The notes under the pieces were generated by a model. The model had not been told where the DNA came from and did not search any database. It saw only the letters and a list, made by a program, of their open reading frames with translations. The position numbers and the translations under genes are program-made. DNA of 51,034 nucleotides from the NCBI GenBank assembly GCA_023231475.1, contig JALJEE010000027.1, positions 62,001 to 113,034 on the forward strand, given 5' to 3'. The DNA is from Seison nebaliae (lineage: Eukaryota). Each line of letters begins with the position of its first letter. Position 1 is the first letter of the stretch. This document shows positions 25,024 through 37,522 of this stretch, in pieces.

Positions 25024-28000
25024 ATTTCTCTTATTCATTAACAGAGTATGTGTACATAGACATTAAATCGATCTCACATCTATTTGTGGTTAGAAGTTTC
25101 ATCACTCAATTTACTTCTCTATCATTCCATCGTTCAATAACGCATCAATTAAAATGCCTTTACAATTATTAATTATCTCACATTAAATATCTTCCAATTT
25201 TCGTGTCTGTCAAAATTAGTAGACATAACAAATTAATCAGATTCCAAATTGTAGAACATACAAATCATATGAATTAGTATAAACCTTGAATAATCATCAA
25301 TATCAAAAATAATATCCATGACGGAAATTTACATATGAACTTGAAAATATTTTAAAATTTTTTTCATTCAAAACTTCGTAGTAACTTCAGAAAAATAGAA
25401 AAGAAAAAAAAAATAATGAATGAACTTAACTAATGATGTCAATCGTTCTTCATTTATTTAACATATTCTCTATCATCCACCATTCATAATGTCAGCACAT
25501 TTTTTTAAGTTTGATTGACACAATTCTAATTCTTCTTTTTATAACGAACTGTTGTGTTGGAAGATAAACAAAAAGAATGTCTTTCTTATTGAAGTCTTCG
25601 ATTATTAATAAGGAAATTCGATAACTATAAATGATACATTGTGTCTCCAAAGGAAATTTCTTACAAATCGAATTGTCTATCAACAGAAAATATTCGATGA
25701 ATTATAAAGATTCCAATGACTATGTGAAAAAGAGGAATTCTTATTTAAGAATAATGTAGTGGAGTCGAATTTCATTAAGAATGTGAAAATTTTATGATTT
25801 GTAAAAACGAAAGAAAACAAACAGGAAAATATATTATGGATCCATATCGTTTTCTGAAGAAGAAAAAGAATAATAATTTGAGAATTATCGTAATTCGATT
25901 TATCGATTGTTATTAAATTAAGAGAGAGAAGCAACACTTCATAACTTTCACTCGTTAGTTGACTGAAGAAAAAGAACGAAACTGAAATTATATGCAAATG
26001 AAGAAATTGCACCGGATTCTCTCTTACTTTTTTCTTCGGAAGAAAACTTAATGTCATGTTATGGCAATGTTTAAAACCACTTCAAACTCGTTCATTATCA
26101 ATAGCAATTATATAACTTCCGTTATAAATCGAGTAGACTGAATTTTGCTAACTGACATGAATCAGTGAAAACTGTAAAGTACCAATTTATTTAATCACAT
26201 TGGAAACGTCGGAGAATTAAAGGAGACTTGTTGGAGGGAATGGAAGTTGAAAAGAAATGGAGGAGGAGAACGGAAGAAAGATTTAATGGATGGAAAAGTG
26301 TAACATATCCAAAGGGAAAGGTGAGAATTGAATAATACTTCAATATTTTTGGAAAATCGATATGAGGAAGTTGAAACTGAATGAGGGATAATCGAAATGA
26401 GATGCAATCTCTTCTAATGGAATAATATCTTCAGATTATCATATTCTAATTTCATTATTTAACGGATTTCTCTTGAGTTATGTTATCAACAGAAAATGAT
26501 TGTGTGATGGATAAGAAAAATGGATAAGAGAGAAACTTATGATATTGTCACGAAGGAAACGGTTTTGGAATTTTTGAGAATTTTCGTCTTTGATTAATGA
26601 AATTGTGTTTTGAAGATTTTCGTAACATTTGTTAGTGGGATGATTTCTAGCAATCCTTCATAAAGATGAACAATAATGGCGGGAATGATGGAATTGGTGG
26701 ATGATGATAGGAGCGGAAAATTTAAATTTGATGATCTAATACTGAATGATATACATTGAATGTATAATTCCATTAAATGTTCGTGTTCGAAAGTTTTTTC
26801 CAAACGAAACTGATTTTCATTATTAGTAGTTGGGTTGAGAATTAGTAAACTCGTTAACTTAAGCACGCTATCCCTCCAACTTAAATGGGAAATGAAGATA
26901 AAGTTCGCATTGCTCCAACTCTCATTCCTGATAATAGTTTTCTTTTAAGAATTAAGTGGAAATTAAGTAGAAATTAAGTATATCATTTAACTTCCCATAA
27001 TAAATCACATTGAAAATGTTAACTAACATGGACATAGGAATCAAATGTGAAAGGAAATGTTTGTTTGTTGCAGATGAAATTTCACTTTGGAAACGAAATG
27101 AAAAATTCATTAAAAGTTTTGTATTTTTTGTTTCATAAAAATTTTCATAAAATCAGTTTGATTAAATGGGAAAAGTATGAATAATTATCTATGATAATTT
27201 GTTGTTCAAGAGAAATAGATCGTAGAGAAGTCTTCCTCAATCGTTTCATTGATGTTGCACCTGGAACTCATTCGATGAAGCTGCTAATGAGAGAATGCCA
27301 ATTGAATGCTTTAACATACACATTTAAGTTTTGGAAGATAAATAAATAGGAAATTTAATCTGAAAACTATATCGATATTTCTTCCACTTCTCCTCTCCTC
27401 CTCACCATCACTCGCTCCTCCAACTTACTTTTTTCGGTCTTATTTGAAATAACGGTAACTTATCCTTCCATATTTGTTGTTAGGAAGGAGGAATTATTCG
27501 TCTGGACAATTTGAACGTGACGACCATAAGAAGAGAATGAAGATAAACATTTTCTGAAATTAAAGGAAATATTAGGTTTTCTTCCGTTCTTCAAACATCT
27601 CAAATTGCCTAAAAGAATTTCTCATCAACTTATTTTGGCAGTTGATACAAATCGCCTGATGTTACTCCCATCTGATAACATGTGAAGATAATTTTTGAGG
27701 CAAATTAAACTGTCTGGGTAATGACGACGTATTTGTGTGGACGAAGGAGATAATAAGTGATGAAATGAATTTTGAATTGATTTAACTGTTGTCGATCTTT
27801 CCAATCGGTTAATGAATCGGATTATCAGAATTATAAAATGATTCTGATCGTTACCAAATATTCATCCTTGAAGAATTCCAATATTATCCTCTGGCTCTTT
27901 TTTGTCATTTGTGTTGGCGATGTAGAGAATTATGATTAATTTAACGATGTTCGCTGCAAATTAACATGAAAAAAAGAATGTCGAATGAATCTTACGAAAT

Positions 28001-28492
28001 ATGATTGTTCATATTCCAATGAGGAGAATGTTGGAATGTTATTGATTATATAAATTTATTCAACTGATCACATTTATCGCGTGATGGTATATCTTGAGAG
28101 AAAATAATGTTGGAAGAAAATAATCATTTTTTCCATCATAATTTTTCCTATGTTATCACATGGAAAGTTCTTGTGTAATGCTGTTCTTTTCTAGGGACAA
28201 CCTTCTCATCCCACTGGAAATTGTGGTGGAAGTTTCGATTAATATTAGGAAACAATAATATCTGATATTTTAGTTGTCATTTATATGTTGTTATTGAAAT
28301 ATTCTGATTGTTCAAATAGATGGCGAGTGCACACATATATGACACCAAAAGGAGGATGATATTGTTCCATAGTTACAAATTCTTTCTGAAGTAAATCTAC
28401 ACATACATATCAGCATTCATCTTCCATCAGATTGATTCGAAGAGCATGATATGTGTAGTGTTGTGGAAGTGTAATATATTGTGATAACATCG

Positions 28493-28524
<32 letters not shown>
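28493..28524. repeat. (TCA)n microsatellite
   Basis: Directly visible, about 10 copies. Confidence 0.85.
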
Positions 28525-28525
<1 letters not shown>

Positions 28526-29933
28526 ACATAGTTACAATGATATTATTCTCAATCAGTTATTAAGAGAAGAATGGAATATAAGGAACGAAAGGAAAAAGAA
28601 CATGTAGTTTTCGAAGTATTATTAATCGTTTGCATCGCTCGTTACACTTTGCATCATTTACATACGCATCTCTCTTTTTTCTTCATTGTCGTTCAATGAA
28701 TCGATTCCGTAAAGAGTTTTTCACATGTCTTTCTATTATTCTTCCATCGACATCTCCATTACGTATGGCAACTCTCAACTTCGACAGAGCATAGTCCCTA
28801 ACCATAATAATACCACTAACAATACTTACGACATCAATCGGTTAGGTGGAGAATGTCATACCACCTCCAATTAATTGCAATATTTTCTGCATTGGAGAGT
28901 CGTCTATGACGATTTCGGAATTTCGAAATTTCCTCCATTTCAGCTTTATCATCTTCCTGAGTTAGAATTTGAAGGTTTCATCTCATCCATTTCATCGGGG
29001 AATCGACGCTTTGTCTAGTTTGGCAGGTGAAAAAGTTCATTTTTACTTTTTTCATTTTACTCATTTTTCCCCGATAACAACATAAAAGATGTAAATTAAA
29101 TTTATCTTCAATGATTAATAATGAAATGAGGAGAATTGGATAAAGTACTTGATTGGGCGAAAGATGGCGCATAGTTCGATAAGGGAATAGTTTATCGAGT
29201 GCAATAGTATTTTATGCAAATTTAATTGCTTATCTTTATTATTAGATAGATTCATCTATCGGAGTGAGTGAAAGTTTCAATCAAAGTAATTCTTTGTTGA
29301 TTGAAAGAAATATGAATTATTGTAAATAATTCGAAATATTGATCGTTTTCATTGTTGTTATGAATTTGGGGGAAAGGAATTTAATAAAAGCAATTCATCT
29401 GTTCAATCGATAAACGATTGTCGGATGGATGATTAATTGAAAAGAATATATTATTCCAACATGTTGTCATTCGTCCAATAATTATAAGTTAATCGTAAGT
29501 GAAATAGAAATAAAATTATTATGGTTGTTGTTGTTGTTGATGGTGATGAATGATTAACAGGAATATTGATGATGATGATAATAATAATATGATAAGATGA
29601 ACAGCAATAATAAAATAATATCAATAAAATAATTTGAAAAAAATAAGTAAATAATCGGGTGTCGTTGTGACATCGCTTCTACGTATCTAAAGCGGTTACA
29701 CTCAGCTTGCTATTATTATGATTAATGATAGATCAATCATTGTTATCACGTCTTTGTCTCTATCAAACTAATTATTATTCCTTGTATAAGATGTTCTGGA
29801 ATATTGGGAAAATCATTTCGTCGAGGTATTGACGAGAAGAAAGGAAGAGAAATGAATCATCCATATAAGAATTTGAAAAGAAAATACAAATACAATATTT
29901 CCTACCTAAATTTAGAATGTTAAATAGTCGAGC

Positions 29934-32294
29934 ATGATTCTATTGAAAGTACCCAAAGCTGTCATTGCACGTTTCATATTCTCATGCCATGCTGTTCTCG
30001 CGATAGGTCGAGTGGCTCGTGTCAAAGATTCGCTCCAATACTGGGCACTCGCCACACCACTCATCGGCCTCCCATTGGAACTCCTCACCACCCTCGCCCG
30101 CAACGACGGCAACGAATGGAAATGGTTCTCACCCAGTGTCTTCTTTTATCTCGCCTCAGTCATACCATCAGTATGGTTTCTCGAATTCGAGCAGTTAGTT
30201 AAACGAATTAAAACCGAACAATTACGTCAACAACAAGAGAAGTTTATGGAGCAAACGAAACGAATTAATTCGGGCGATATCGCTCTCAAAGTGAATGAAC
30301 ATACGAAAACTTTGAAAAATATCATTTTTCAAAATACCCACATTAATTCCATCAATAATGACACGACGAATTCATTTTTGGAGACGGCACATTTATTTGC
30401 TGACGATTATCTCCGATCGTTCGAGTCATGTAACGGAACAAATCTTCGATATACTCGAGAAGTGCTCACTTATCGTGGAATCGGTTTACGTCATGAATAT
30501 ACCACCACAATGTTTCCATATCGTGACGACGTGTTAGCCACACCAACTCGACACGATATGAATAGTTTGACGAACGAGAAAGGAATTACAAAGAATCTTT
30601 TAAATGTGGTGACGGGAATGGTTCCCACGAACTTATTTAACGAAGTTAGTGATCAGAAATGGTTATGGTTAATTGAACAATCGTTGTTATTGATTCTAAT
30701 TATCGGTCGATGGTTATTACCCAAAGGAGAAATTACAAGAGATCAATTATCTCAATTGTTGTTAGTTTATATTGGAATGGCAGCGGATATTATCGAACTT
30801 TTCGAAGCATTTAAAGAAGGAGCTGTTCAAAATAACGTCCGTTTAGTTGCTGTCGTCTTAGCACTTTGGACCGTTTCGTTAATGCAATTTACTTTGGTTA
30901 TAACTGCAACAAAAAAATCAGATGGTGATGATGATTCGGATGACGAGGAATTTGATGCTTTACATACGTTCGATTTCGATGAGAAGAAGAATAATATAAA
31001 ATTCGATTTGGAATCATTACAAATGAAGAAATATCATGCGAAAGAGAATGAAGTTTTTTATTCTCCCGATTTGTACAATGGGGAAAATTCGACGCAAAAT
31101 AATGATTCGAAGAATTTTGATGAGAAGTTCGTTCATGTCGAAAAACGGTTGGAGGAATTTAAGAAAAATGAACGAGAGAAAAGACAAAGAAATCCATGTG
31201 CTCGGTGTTGTGAAACCGAAATTTGGTCGCTATGTACTGGAATTGTGATGCAAGATGGTCCATTTCTAGGACTTCGTTTATCCCTCATTTTATATTATAA
31301 AGTGGTGAGTGATATGAATATTTTCTTCACAATAAAAAATTCTTTAGTTATTATTTTACAATTGTATCGATTAATTGTGTTGACGTTGGATCATCGGAAG
31401 CAGCAGAAAGATGTGCAACAATTGAAGCGGAATAAGAGAAAGAAGAAATATGAAGCGATTGATAAATTGGCGTCGAGTATTTATAATTATCAAAAAAATG
31501 TTTCCACTTTAACTCCATCAGATAAACGAGATAATTCTAATTCTCCGTTGAAAGAGAATAAAAATATTCTTCATCAATCGAAAACGAGTGGAAATATTCA
31601 TGAAATTCAGCACGACCATTTAAACACTTCACCATCTTCGCCCGCTCTCATCACTTCCACATCCTCTCTAGATCAGAAAACACGACAAACAGATGGAAGT
31701 GTCTGGAATAGTCGAACAGATAACGAGAATCTACAACGTGTCAAATATGAAGAGACGAAAATGATTCCAAGACGAATGGATGCGAAAGAACGTCGGAAGA
31801 AATTCTCCCAATCTCATCTCCAAATTGATGTGTCGCAATTGGGAGGGAAAGATAACGAGAATGAGACGACAAAAGATCAGAGTGATGAGAATGAGCAATT
31901 ATTAAAGAAGCGTAAGAAACACAAAGAGAAGAAATCCAATAAAAAGTTAGAAGAGAATTTGGGAGATAATGAAAAGAAATCGGGAAGAAGAAAACGAAAT
32001 CGAAAAAACAAAAATCATTCGAATGACGTTAATCAAACGAATCATGATAATGGAATAATGAGGAAACGAAAGAAGAAATATTTATCAAACAACAACAGTG
32101 ATAAGAAGCAAAATCAGGAGATGGAGGAGGATGAAGATGATTATGAAGAATTTATCAGTTTGAAAAAGTCGAGTGATCGATCGAAGAACAATTCGTTTTC
32201 ATTCCACTCCTCACACGAACAGGAAAATATCAATGAAACGGTGGAGAAGGATCGATTAACGAATTTTATGAGATTAATTCACGAAAGAGTCTGA
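29934..32294 (+). CDS. TMEM26: TMEM26-family membrane protein with a long basic disordered C-tail, intronless
   Basis: WKWFSPSVFFYL..IPSVWFLE, GRWLLPKGEITRDQLSQLLLVYIGMAADIIE, QDGPFL..RL, FFTIKN..ILQLYRL. Confidence 0.88.
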   Translation: MILLKVPKAVIARFIFSCHAVLAIGRVARVKDSLQYWALATPLIGLPLELLTTLARNDGNEWKWFSPSVFFYLASVIPSVWFLEFEQLVKRIKTEQLRQQQEKFMEQTKRINSGDIALKVNEHTKTLKNIIFQNTHINSINNDTTNSFLETAHLFADDYLRSFESCNGTNLRYTREVLTYRGIGLRHEYTTTMFPYRDDVLATPTRHDMNSLTNEKGITKNLLNVVTGMVPTNLFNEVSDQKWLWLIEQSLLLILIIGRWLLPKGEITRDQLSQLLLVYIGMAADIIELFEAFKEGAVQNNVRLVAVVLALWTVSLMQFTLVITATKKSDGDDDSDDEEFDALHTFDFDEKKNNIKFDLESLQMKKYHAKENEVFYSPDLYNGENSTQNNDSKNFDEKFVHVEKRLEEFKKNEREKRQRNPCARCCETEIWSLCTGIVMQDGPFLGLRLSLILYYKVVSDMNIFFTIKNSLVIILQLYRLIVLTLDHRKQQKDVQQLKRNKRKKKYEAIDKLASSIYNYQKNVSTLTPSDKRDNSNSPLKENKNILHQSKTSGNIHEIQHDHLNTSPSSPALITSTSSLDQKTRQTDGSVWNSRTDNENLQRVKYEETKMIPRRMDAKERRKKFSQSHLQIDVSQLGGKDNENETTKDQSDENEQLLKKRKKHKEKKSNKKLEENLGDNEKKSGRRKRNRKNKNHSNDVNQTNHDNGIMRKRKKKYLSNNNSDKKQNQEMEEDEDDYEEFISLKKSSDRSKNNSFSFHSSHEQENINETVEKDRLTNFMRLIHERV

Positions 32295-32312
32295 AAAACT
32301 ATATGAAAATAT

Positions 32313-32943
32313 TTAATTATTGAACCATGATGGTATCAAATTAGATTTAGGTAATTCATTTTTATCTAATTCTTTCCGCATCTCTTTCATTTCATCTTCC
32401 GCCTTTTCCGATGGTCGTCCGTTTTTTTCGAAAATATCAGGAAATTCAAAAGTTTCATTTCTCTATTTTCACAACGAACAGAAATTGAAGAAAAAAGATG
32501 ATAATGAGTAGAAGGATAATGGAATTTAATCTGATAACCAATTGAACATATGCATATTTCCTTGGTGCATCTGGGGGTAGGATCGTCTTCCTCACTGGAT
32601 GCTTATTTTCTTTTCCTTCCACTATTTGTGTATTTACATCGAGTACATCGATATCGTAAACTTTCTCTAAATATTGCTTCACATCTAACTTCGACATTCT
32701 ATTTATGAAATAAAATCACTTATCAATCCATCACATCAATCATCAATAGAACGTTAACTGTAAATGAACTTCGAATTTCGCTACATCGTCTGGTAGTTTC
32801 TGATTAGTATATTCCGGATTCATCGGTCTCATCCAGAACATTGGAAAGAATAATCTACGTTTCGGATCTCCCACATTCCATATTGGCATCGGTTTTATTT
32901 TTTTCTGATAAAGAAATTTTAAGGAACTCGGCAAATTCCTCAT
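32313..32943 (-). CDS. MRPL23: Mitochondrial ribosomal protein L23, 3 exons
   Basis: GDPKRRLFFPMFWM, FEVHLQMSKLDVKQYLEKVY, KYAYVQL, ETFEFPDIF, PSWF. Introns 32758-32699 and 32538-32463. Confidence 0.9.
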
Positions 32944-33145
32944 CTTCCCCACAAATCTTAAAATCTAAAATTTCCCCAACAAATAATTTTTAAATCTAAA
33001 ATTATTTTAAAAAAAATCTAAAATGATTTTTTAAAAAAATTTTTTAATTCCAAAAATTTTTTTTGGAAACTTTATAATAAAATAAATTCAATAAATTTCA
33101 TTGACCAAATAAGAAATTTTAAGTTGAGAGTATATGAGAGATTGT

Positions 33146-34072
33146 TTAGTCGTCATCGAATAAATCGAAATCGATATCATCATTTTCATTCAATGGATCG
33201 TCTAATTTATTAGTTTCATTTGAATTCTGTTTTGTTGATGATAATTCGGATTTCCTTAATTTATCTTTCTCATGCAACATTAAGAGTGATGTTGTTGGTA
33301 AATGTAAATGAGAAGATGATGAATAATTTGTATTTGATGCATTCTGATTTTGTGTAAAAGTTAATTGTTTGACGAGTGTCTCATCGACGATATTCGCTTC
33401 AGACAATAATTTCAGTTCAAGCATTTCCATTTGTTTTTCGAAATTTTCATCATTTTCCTCAATTTTCGTTTCGGCGAGTAAAGAGGATTGTTTAAATAAA
33501 TTACCATCTCGTATAACGAGATCTAATGGGAATGGACGACGTTGATCACCACCACCCCAGGAATGTGGGGCATAAATTCCATAACTGAGTGCCATCGTTT
33601 TTGAGTATCTTAACAGATCTCGAATATTGAACGTTTTCCTCATATTCACTTTCTCCAAATGTTTGCTAGTATGATAAATTCCTTCCTTCATATTCGATGT
33701 CATTTGGAAGAGTTTCTTTTGAATTTTCTTCTTCTCTTCAATCGTTTGGAGATATCTTTCCATTTGAATTTTGGTTCGTTCAAATTGCTTTGATACCACA
33801 TTATGACCATATTCTAATTGAATAGATAATTTATGATAAACATTAGATATTTCTGATATCAATACTTTCAAATCATTCAATTTCTTCTTACTCATCTCAA
33901 TTTGGATGTCTCCCATCTCATCATATAACATGTCATTGTCGGGAGTAGAGAAGACATTCAATCCAGGGAAATTCGTCTTACAATTACACAATAATTCATT
34001 TATTAACAATTCTAAATGATATCCATGGACGAAAATTCTGACTTTGGTAGAAACAAATTCATCTTCATCCAT
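33146..34072 (-). CDS. MED4: Mediator subunit 4, intronless
   Basis: Coiled coil followed by LLRYSKTMA..YAPHSWGGGDQRRPFPLDLVIRDG, matching the MED4 AP.TW..GDPRRPYP.D.EMR.G motif; acidic tail. Confidence 0.8.
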   Translation of the reverse strand: MDEDEFVSTKVRIFVHGYHLELLINELLCNCKTNFPGLNVFSTPDNDMLYDEMGDIQIEMSKKKLNDLKVLISEISNVYHKLSIQLEYGHNVVSKQFERTKIQMERYLQTIEEKKKIQKKLFQMTSNMKEGIYHTSKHLEKVNMRKTFNIRDLLRYSKTMALSYGIYAPHSWGGGDQRRPFPLDLVIRDGNLFKQSSLLAETKIEENDENFEKQMEMLELKLLSEANIVDETLVKQLTFTQNQNASNTNYSSSSHLHLPTTSLLMLHEKDKLRKSELSSTKQNSNETNKLDDPLNENDDIDFDLFDDD

Positions 34073-35167
34073 CTGATTTCTCTCATGAAATATTTTATTT
34101 CATCAAGCTGAACTTTCAATTATTCTTCTAATTCAAATTCATTCCAAACTAATTCAACAATTTTTAAATTATCAGAAGTTCCCAATTTATAAGGTTCATT
34201 TATAGTATTTTTAATTTGGAAGAGAAAATTTGGAATTCGCTTCTCAACCACATCATTTTTTAGAAGATATTTATTATTGGAAGTTTTCTAAAAATTTTCA
34301 AGTATTTTTCTTTGACAAACAATTTTGAAAATTTTTATGGCATTAAAATCACCTTCCGTAAAGTTCTCTCCTAAAAATCGAACGAGGAACAATTGAAATT
34401 CTTATGAAATTTTTCTAGTAAATTACGAATTTTTTATATGTTCTTATAATTACGAATTGGAAGACTTCTTAAACAAAATTTTAATTTATTCGTATTAAAA
34501 TGGATCGATGAGAAATGTAGAATAATTAGAGAAACGATAAATGAAATGAGAAATTGATGTTAAAAAAGATTCTATTGCAACAATGATTGGAACAATTATT
34601 AGTTTAATGATTAGAAGTACGATGGCGCCATCCACATGAAATGGAACGATAAAATAAAGGAAGAAATTAATCGAATATGATATTTCATTTTAACATATTA
34701 TGGTAATTATAATTATGGTATTGATTAATAGTCATCGTGTGTAGTTATATGAAGATAGTTTTGATAAATAGGAGACCATAAATATACGAAGTAACAAGAT
34801 ATAAATGATTATTCGTTCAACAGTTGTCAATTTTCCGAATCATTTCATATAACTAATAATTTTTCTTAAGTAAAACGGTAAATGTATTTAAGATGATATG
34901 AGTCTTGTATGATAAGAATAAGATGATTTATACGTAATCAACAAATAAATATTATGTAGAAGAGACATCATGATCAGACGATATATCAGATATATCGAAC
35001 GATTTTTAAATTGGTCTCTATGTGTAATATGTATGTATGTGAAAGTGTATGTGAAGGTATATGTGAAGTTTAAGGATTTAATGCTAAATGTTTGAAAGAC
35101 GCATGTTTTCAATTATCGAATGAGTGCGAGTGAGAATTGTTGGGAATTGTTTAGGTTCAATGCACTT

Positions 35168-35203
35168 TATAAGATTCAAACTTGGAAGCCAAATTGATCA
35201 TTC
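35168..35203 (+). promoter_or_regulatory. Candidate TATA plus initiator of the first SAM synthetase gene
   Basis: TATAAG at 35168 and TCATTC at 35198, 30 bp apart. Confidence 0.35.
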
Positions 35204-35484
35204 AATTCTCCAATTATTTTTCTACTTTCATTTTATTCTCTACAAATATTGCGTAAAAATTTATGTGTATATGTTTGTAGTATAAGAATAATAAGGGTGT
35301 AGTTAAGAGAATGATAGAGATTGGATGAAAATTCTTTTTTTTTAATGTCATTTTTTTTCGTTGAATGAATATTTCAAATATCATTCAAACAATTATTATT
35401 CTGACATATAATATCAATTATAATTCAAATAATTATTATAGAATATCATTCCAAATAGATTTTTTTTATTAGGAAAAATTAGAA

Positions 35485-36693
35485 ATGACAAAATCAAACC
35501 ATTTGATTCATCACGAAATCACTTCGCTGAAAGAATTATCAGCTGATGGTGATTCTTTTCTGTTCACATCAGAGAGTGTTGGAGAAGGACATGCTGACAA
35601 AGTTTGCGATCAAGTCAGTGACGCCATTTTAGACGCTCATCTTACTCAAGATCCGAATGCGAAAGTGGCATGTGAATGTGTTTCCAAAACGGGAATGATT
35701 ATGGTTTTTGGAGAAATCTCATCGAAAGCAATTGTAAATTATCAGAAGATCGTACGAGATGTGGTGAAGAAAATCGGATACGATGATTGTAAAAAAGGTT
35801 TCGATTATAAGACATGTAACGTCTTACAAGCGATCGAAGAACAGGCGTCGGAAATAGCGGAAGCCGTTCATTTGAATAAAGAGGAAGAAGATTTAGGTGC
35901 TGGAGATCAAGGAATTATGTTCGGTTATGCTACAGATGAAACGGATGAATGTATGCCATTAACATTGATTTTAGCTCATCGTTTAAATAAACAATTAGCC
36001 GATTGTCGACGAAATGGAACTTTGCCATGGGCTCGACCCGATTCCAAAACTCAAGTAACCATCGATTACCGTTTTGATGGTGGGGCGTGTGTCCCACAAC
36101 GTATTCATACCATCGTCATATCATCACAACATTCAGCAGAAGTGACTTTGGAGCAAGTACGAATCGGTTTGATGGAACATGTCATCAAACCAATCATTCC
36201 TCCACATCTACTCACTGAAGATACCATTTACCATTTGAACGCCTCGGGAACTTTCGTAGTTGGAGGACCGATGGGTGATGCCGGTTTAACAGGACGAAAA
36301 ATTATCGTCGATAGTTACGGTGGTTGGGGTGCTCATGGTGGCGGTGCATTTTCAGGAAAAGATTATTCCAAAGTTGACAGATCTGGAGCTTATGCTGCTC
36401 GTTGGGTAGCGAAGTCGTTGGTGAAAGCCGGTTTGTGTCGTCGTGTACTTGTACAAATTTCTTATGCCATCGGTATCAGTGAACCATTATCTATTACCGT
36501 TTTCTCATACGGAACGTCGGAAAAAACGGAAGCGGAATTATTAGATATTGTCATCAATAATTTCGATTTGAGACCTGGAAAAATTGTTCAGGAATTAAAA
36601 TTGAAGAAACCGATCTATCAAGACACAGCATGTTATGGTCATTTTGGGCGCGAAGAATTTACTTGGGAACAACCGAAACCGTTGAAATTTTGA
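35485..36693 (+). CDS. MAT: S-adenosylmethionine synthetase, copy 1, intronless CDS
   Basis: [46 protein letters not shown]. Confidence 0.97.
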   Translation: MTKSNHLIHHEITSLKELSADGDSFLFTSESVGEGHADKVCDQVSDAILDAHLTQDPNAKVACECVSKTGMIMVFGEISSKAIVNYQKIVRDVVKKIGYDDCKKGFDYKTCNVLQAIEEQASEIAEAVHLNKEEEDLGAGDQGIMFGYATDETDECMPLTLILAHRLNKQLADCRRNGTLPWARPDSKTQVTIDYRFDGGACVPQRIHTIVISSQHSAEVTLEQVRIGLMEHVIKPIIPPHLLTEDTIYHLNASGTFVVGGPMGDAGLTGRKIIVDSYGGWGAHGGGAFSGKDYSKVDRSGAYAARWVAKSLVKAGLCRRVLVQISYAIGISEPLSITVFSYGTSEKTEAELLDIVINNFDLRPGKIVQELKLKKPIYQDTACYGHFGREEFTWEQPKPLKF

Positions 36694-37522
36694 ATTAGAC
36701 CATCACAAATAGATAAAAAAGGAAATTAATGACGCTAACATTTTTGTCGATCTCTCGGTCGAACATTATTGGTTCGGCTGCCCAAAATTCATTTTTCATT
36801 CACTCATCCACTTCCTACTTTCCTTTTTCATACTTATTGCCTCTTACTAAGGATTTATAGAAATGGCTTAAGTTCAGTTTTCCTATTCGTTTTCGTGTAT
36901 AAATCAAGTTTGGGTGCTGAATATACGATGATCGGATTTCTTTAGACTTTTTTTTTCACAAATTTTAATTTGAATATTTTTCTATCTTAATTCTCTCTCT
37001 CTCTCTCTCTCTTCTCAATTCAATATTTACGTTATGGAATATAACATCCGTTGAGATGGATATGAGTGAAGATGGAAAAAATTTCAAATTTGAAATTAAT
37101 GATCTTTTTTAATATTTTATTAACGATCCATCGTATATTCTTCGAATTTTCGACTTTGCATTAATTTCCTATTACAGCTTTTTTTCATGTCTATTTCTAC
37201 TCTTTCCATTAAATAAAAATTTGATTATAGACCCAAGAAATGAAATGTTTATCTAAAACTTTTTGAAAAATGAGAAATCTTTAAAAATTGACATTTTTTG
37301 GTGACGTTGGTCAAATGAGGTTGAGTGAGTGTCTAATTGACGACTGGAAAAGTTCTTGTGAACTTTGTCCATCGTACCATCACGATCACGAATCGTTACA
37401 TGTCCATCGAATGAATCGCGTTGTAGATTTGAAGGATTGTTGTATTAAACTGACATAATTTCGAAAGTTCCTCATAAATATTTGAAGAGTTGTTATACAT
37501 AAATTATCTTTCATAATTGACA

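Noticed and set aside
34621..34632. 12-bp palindrome GATGGCGCCATC (YY1-like core)
   Set aside because: A single short occurrence with no positional support
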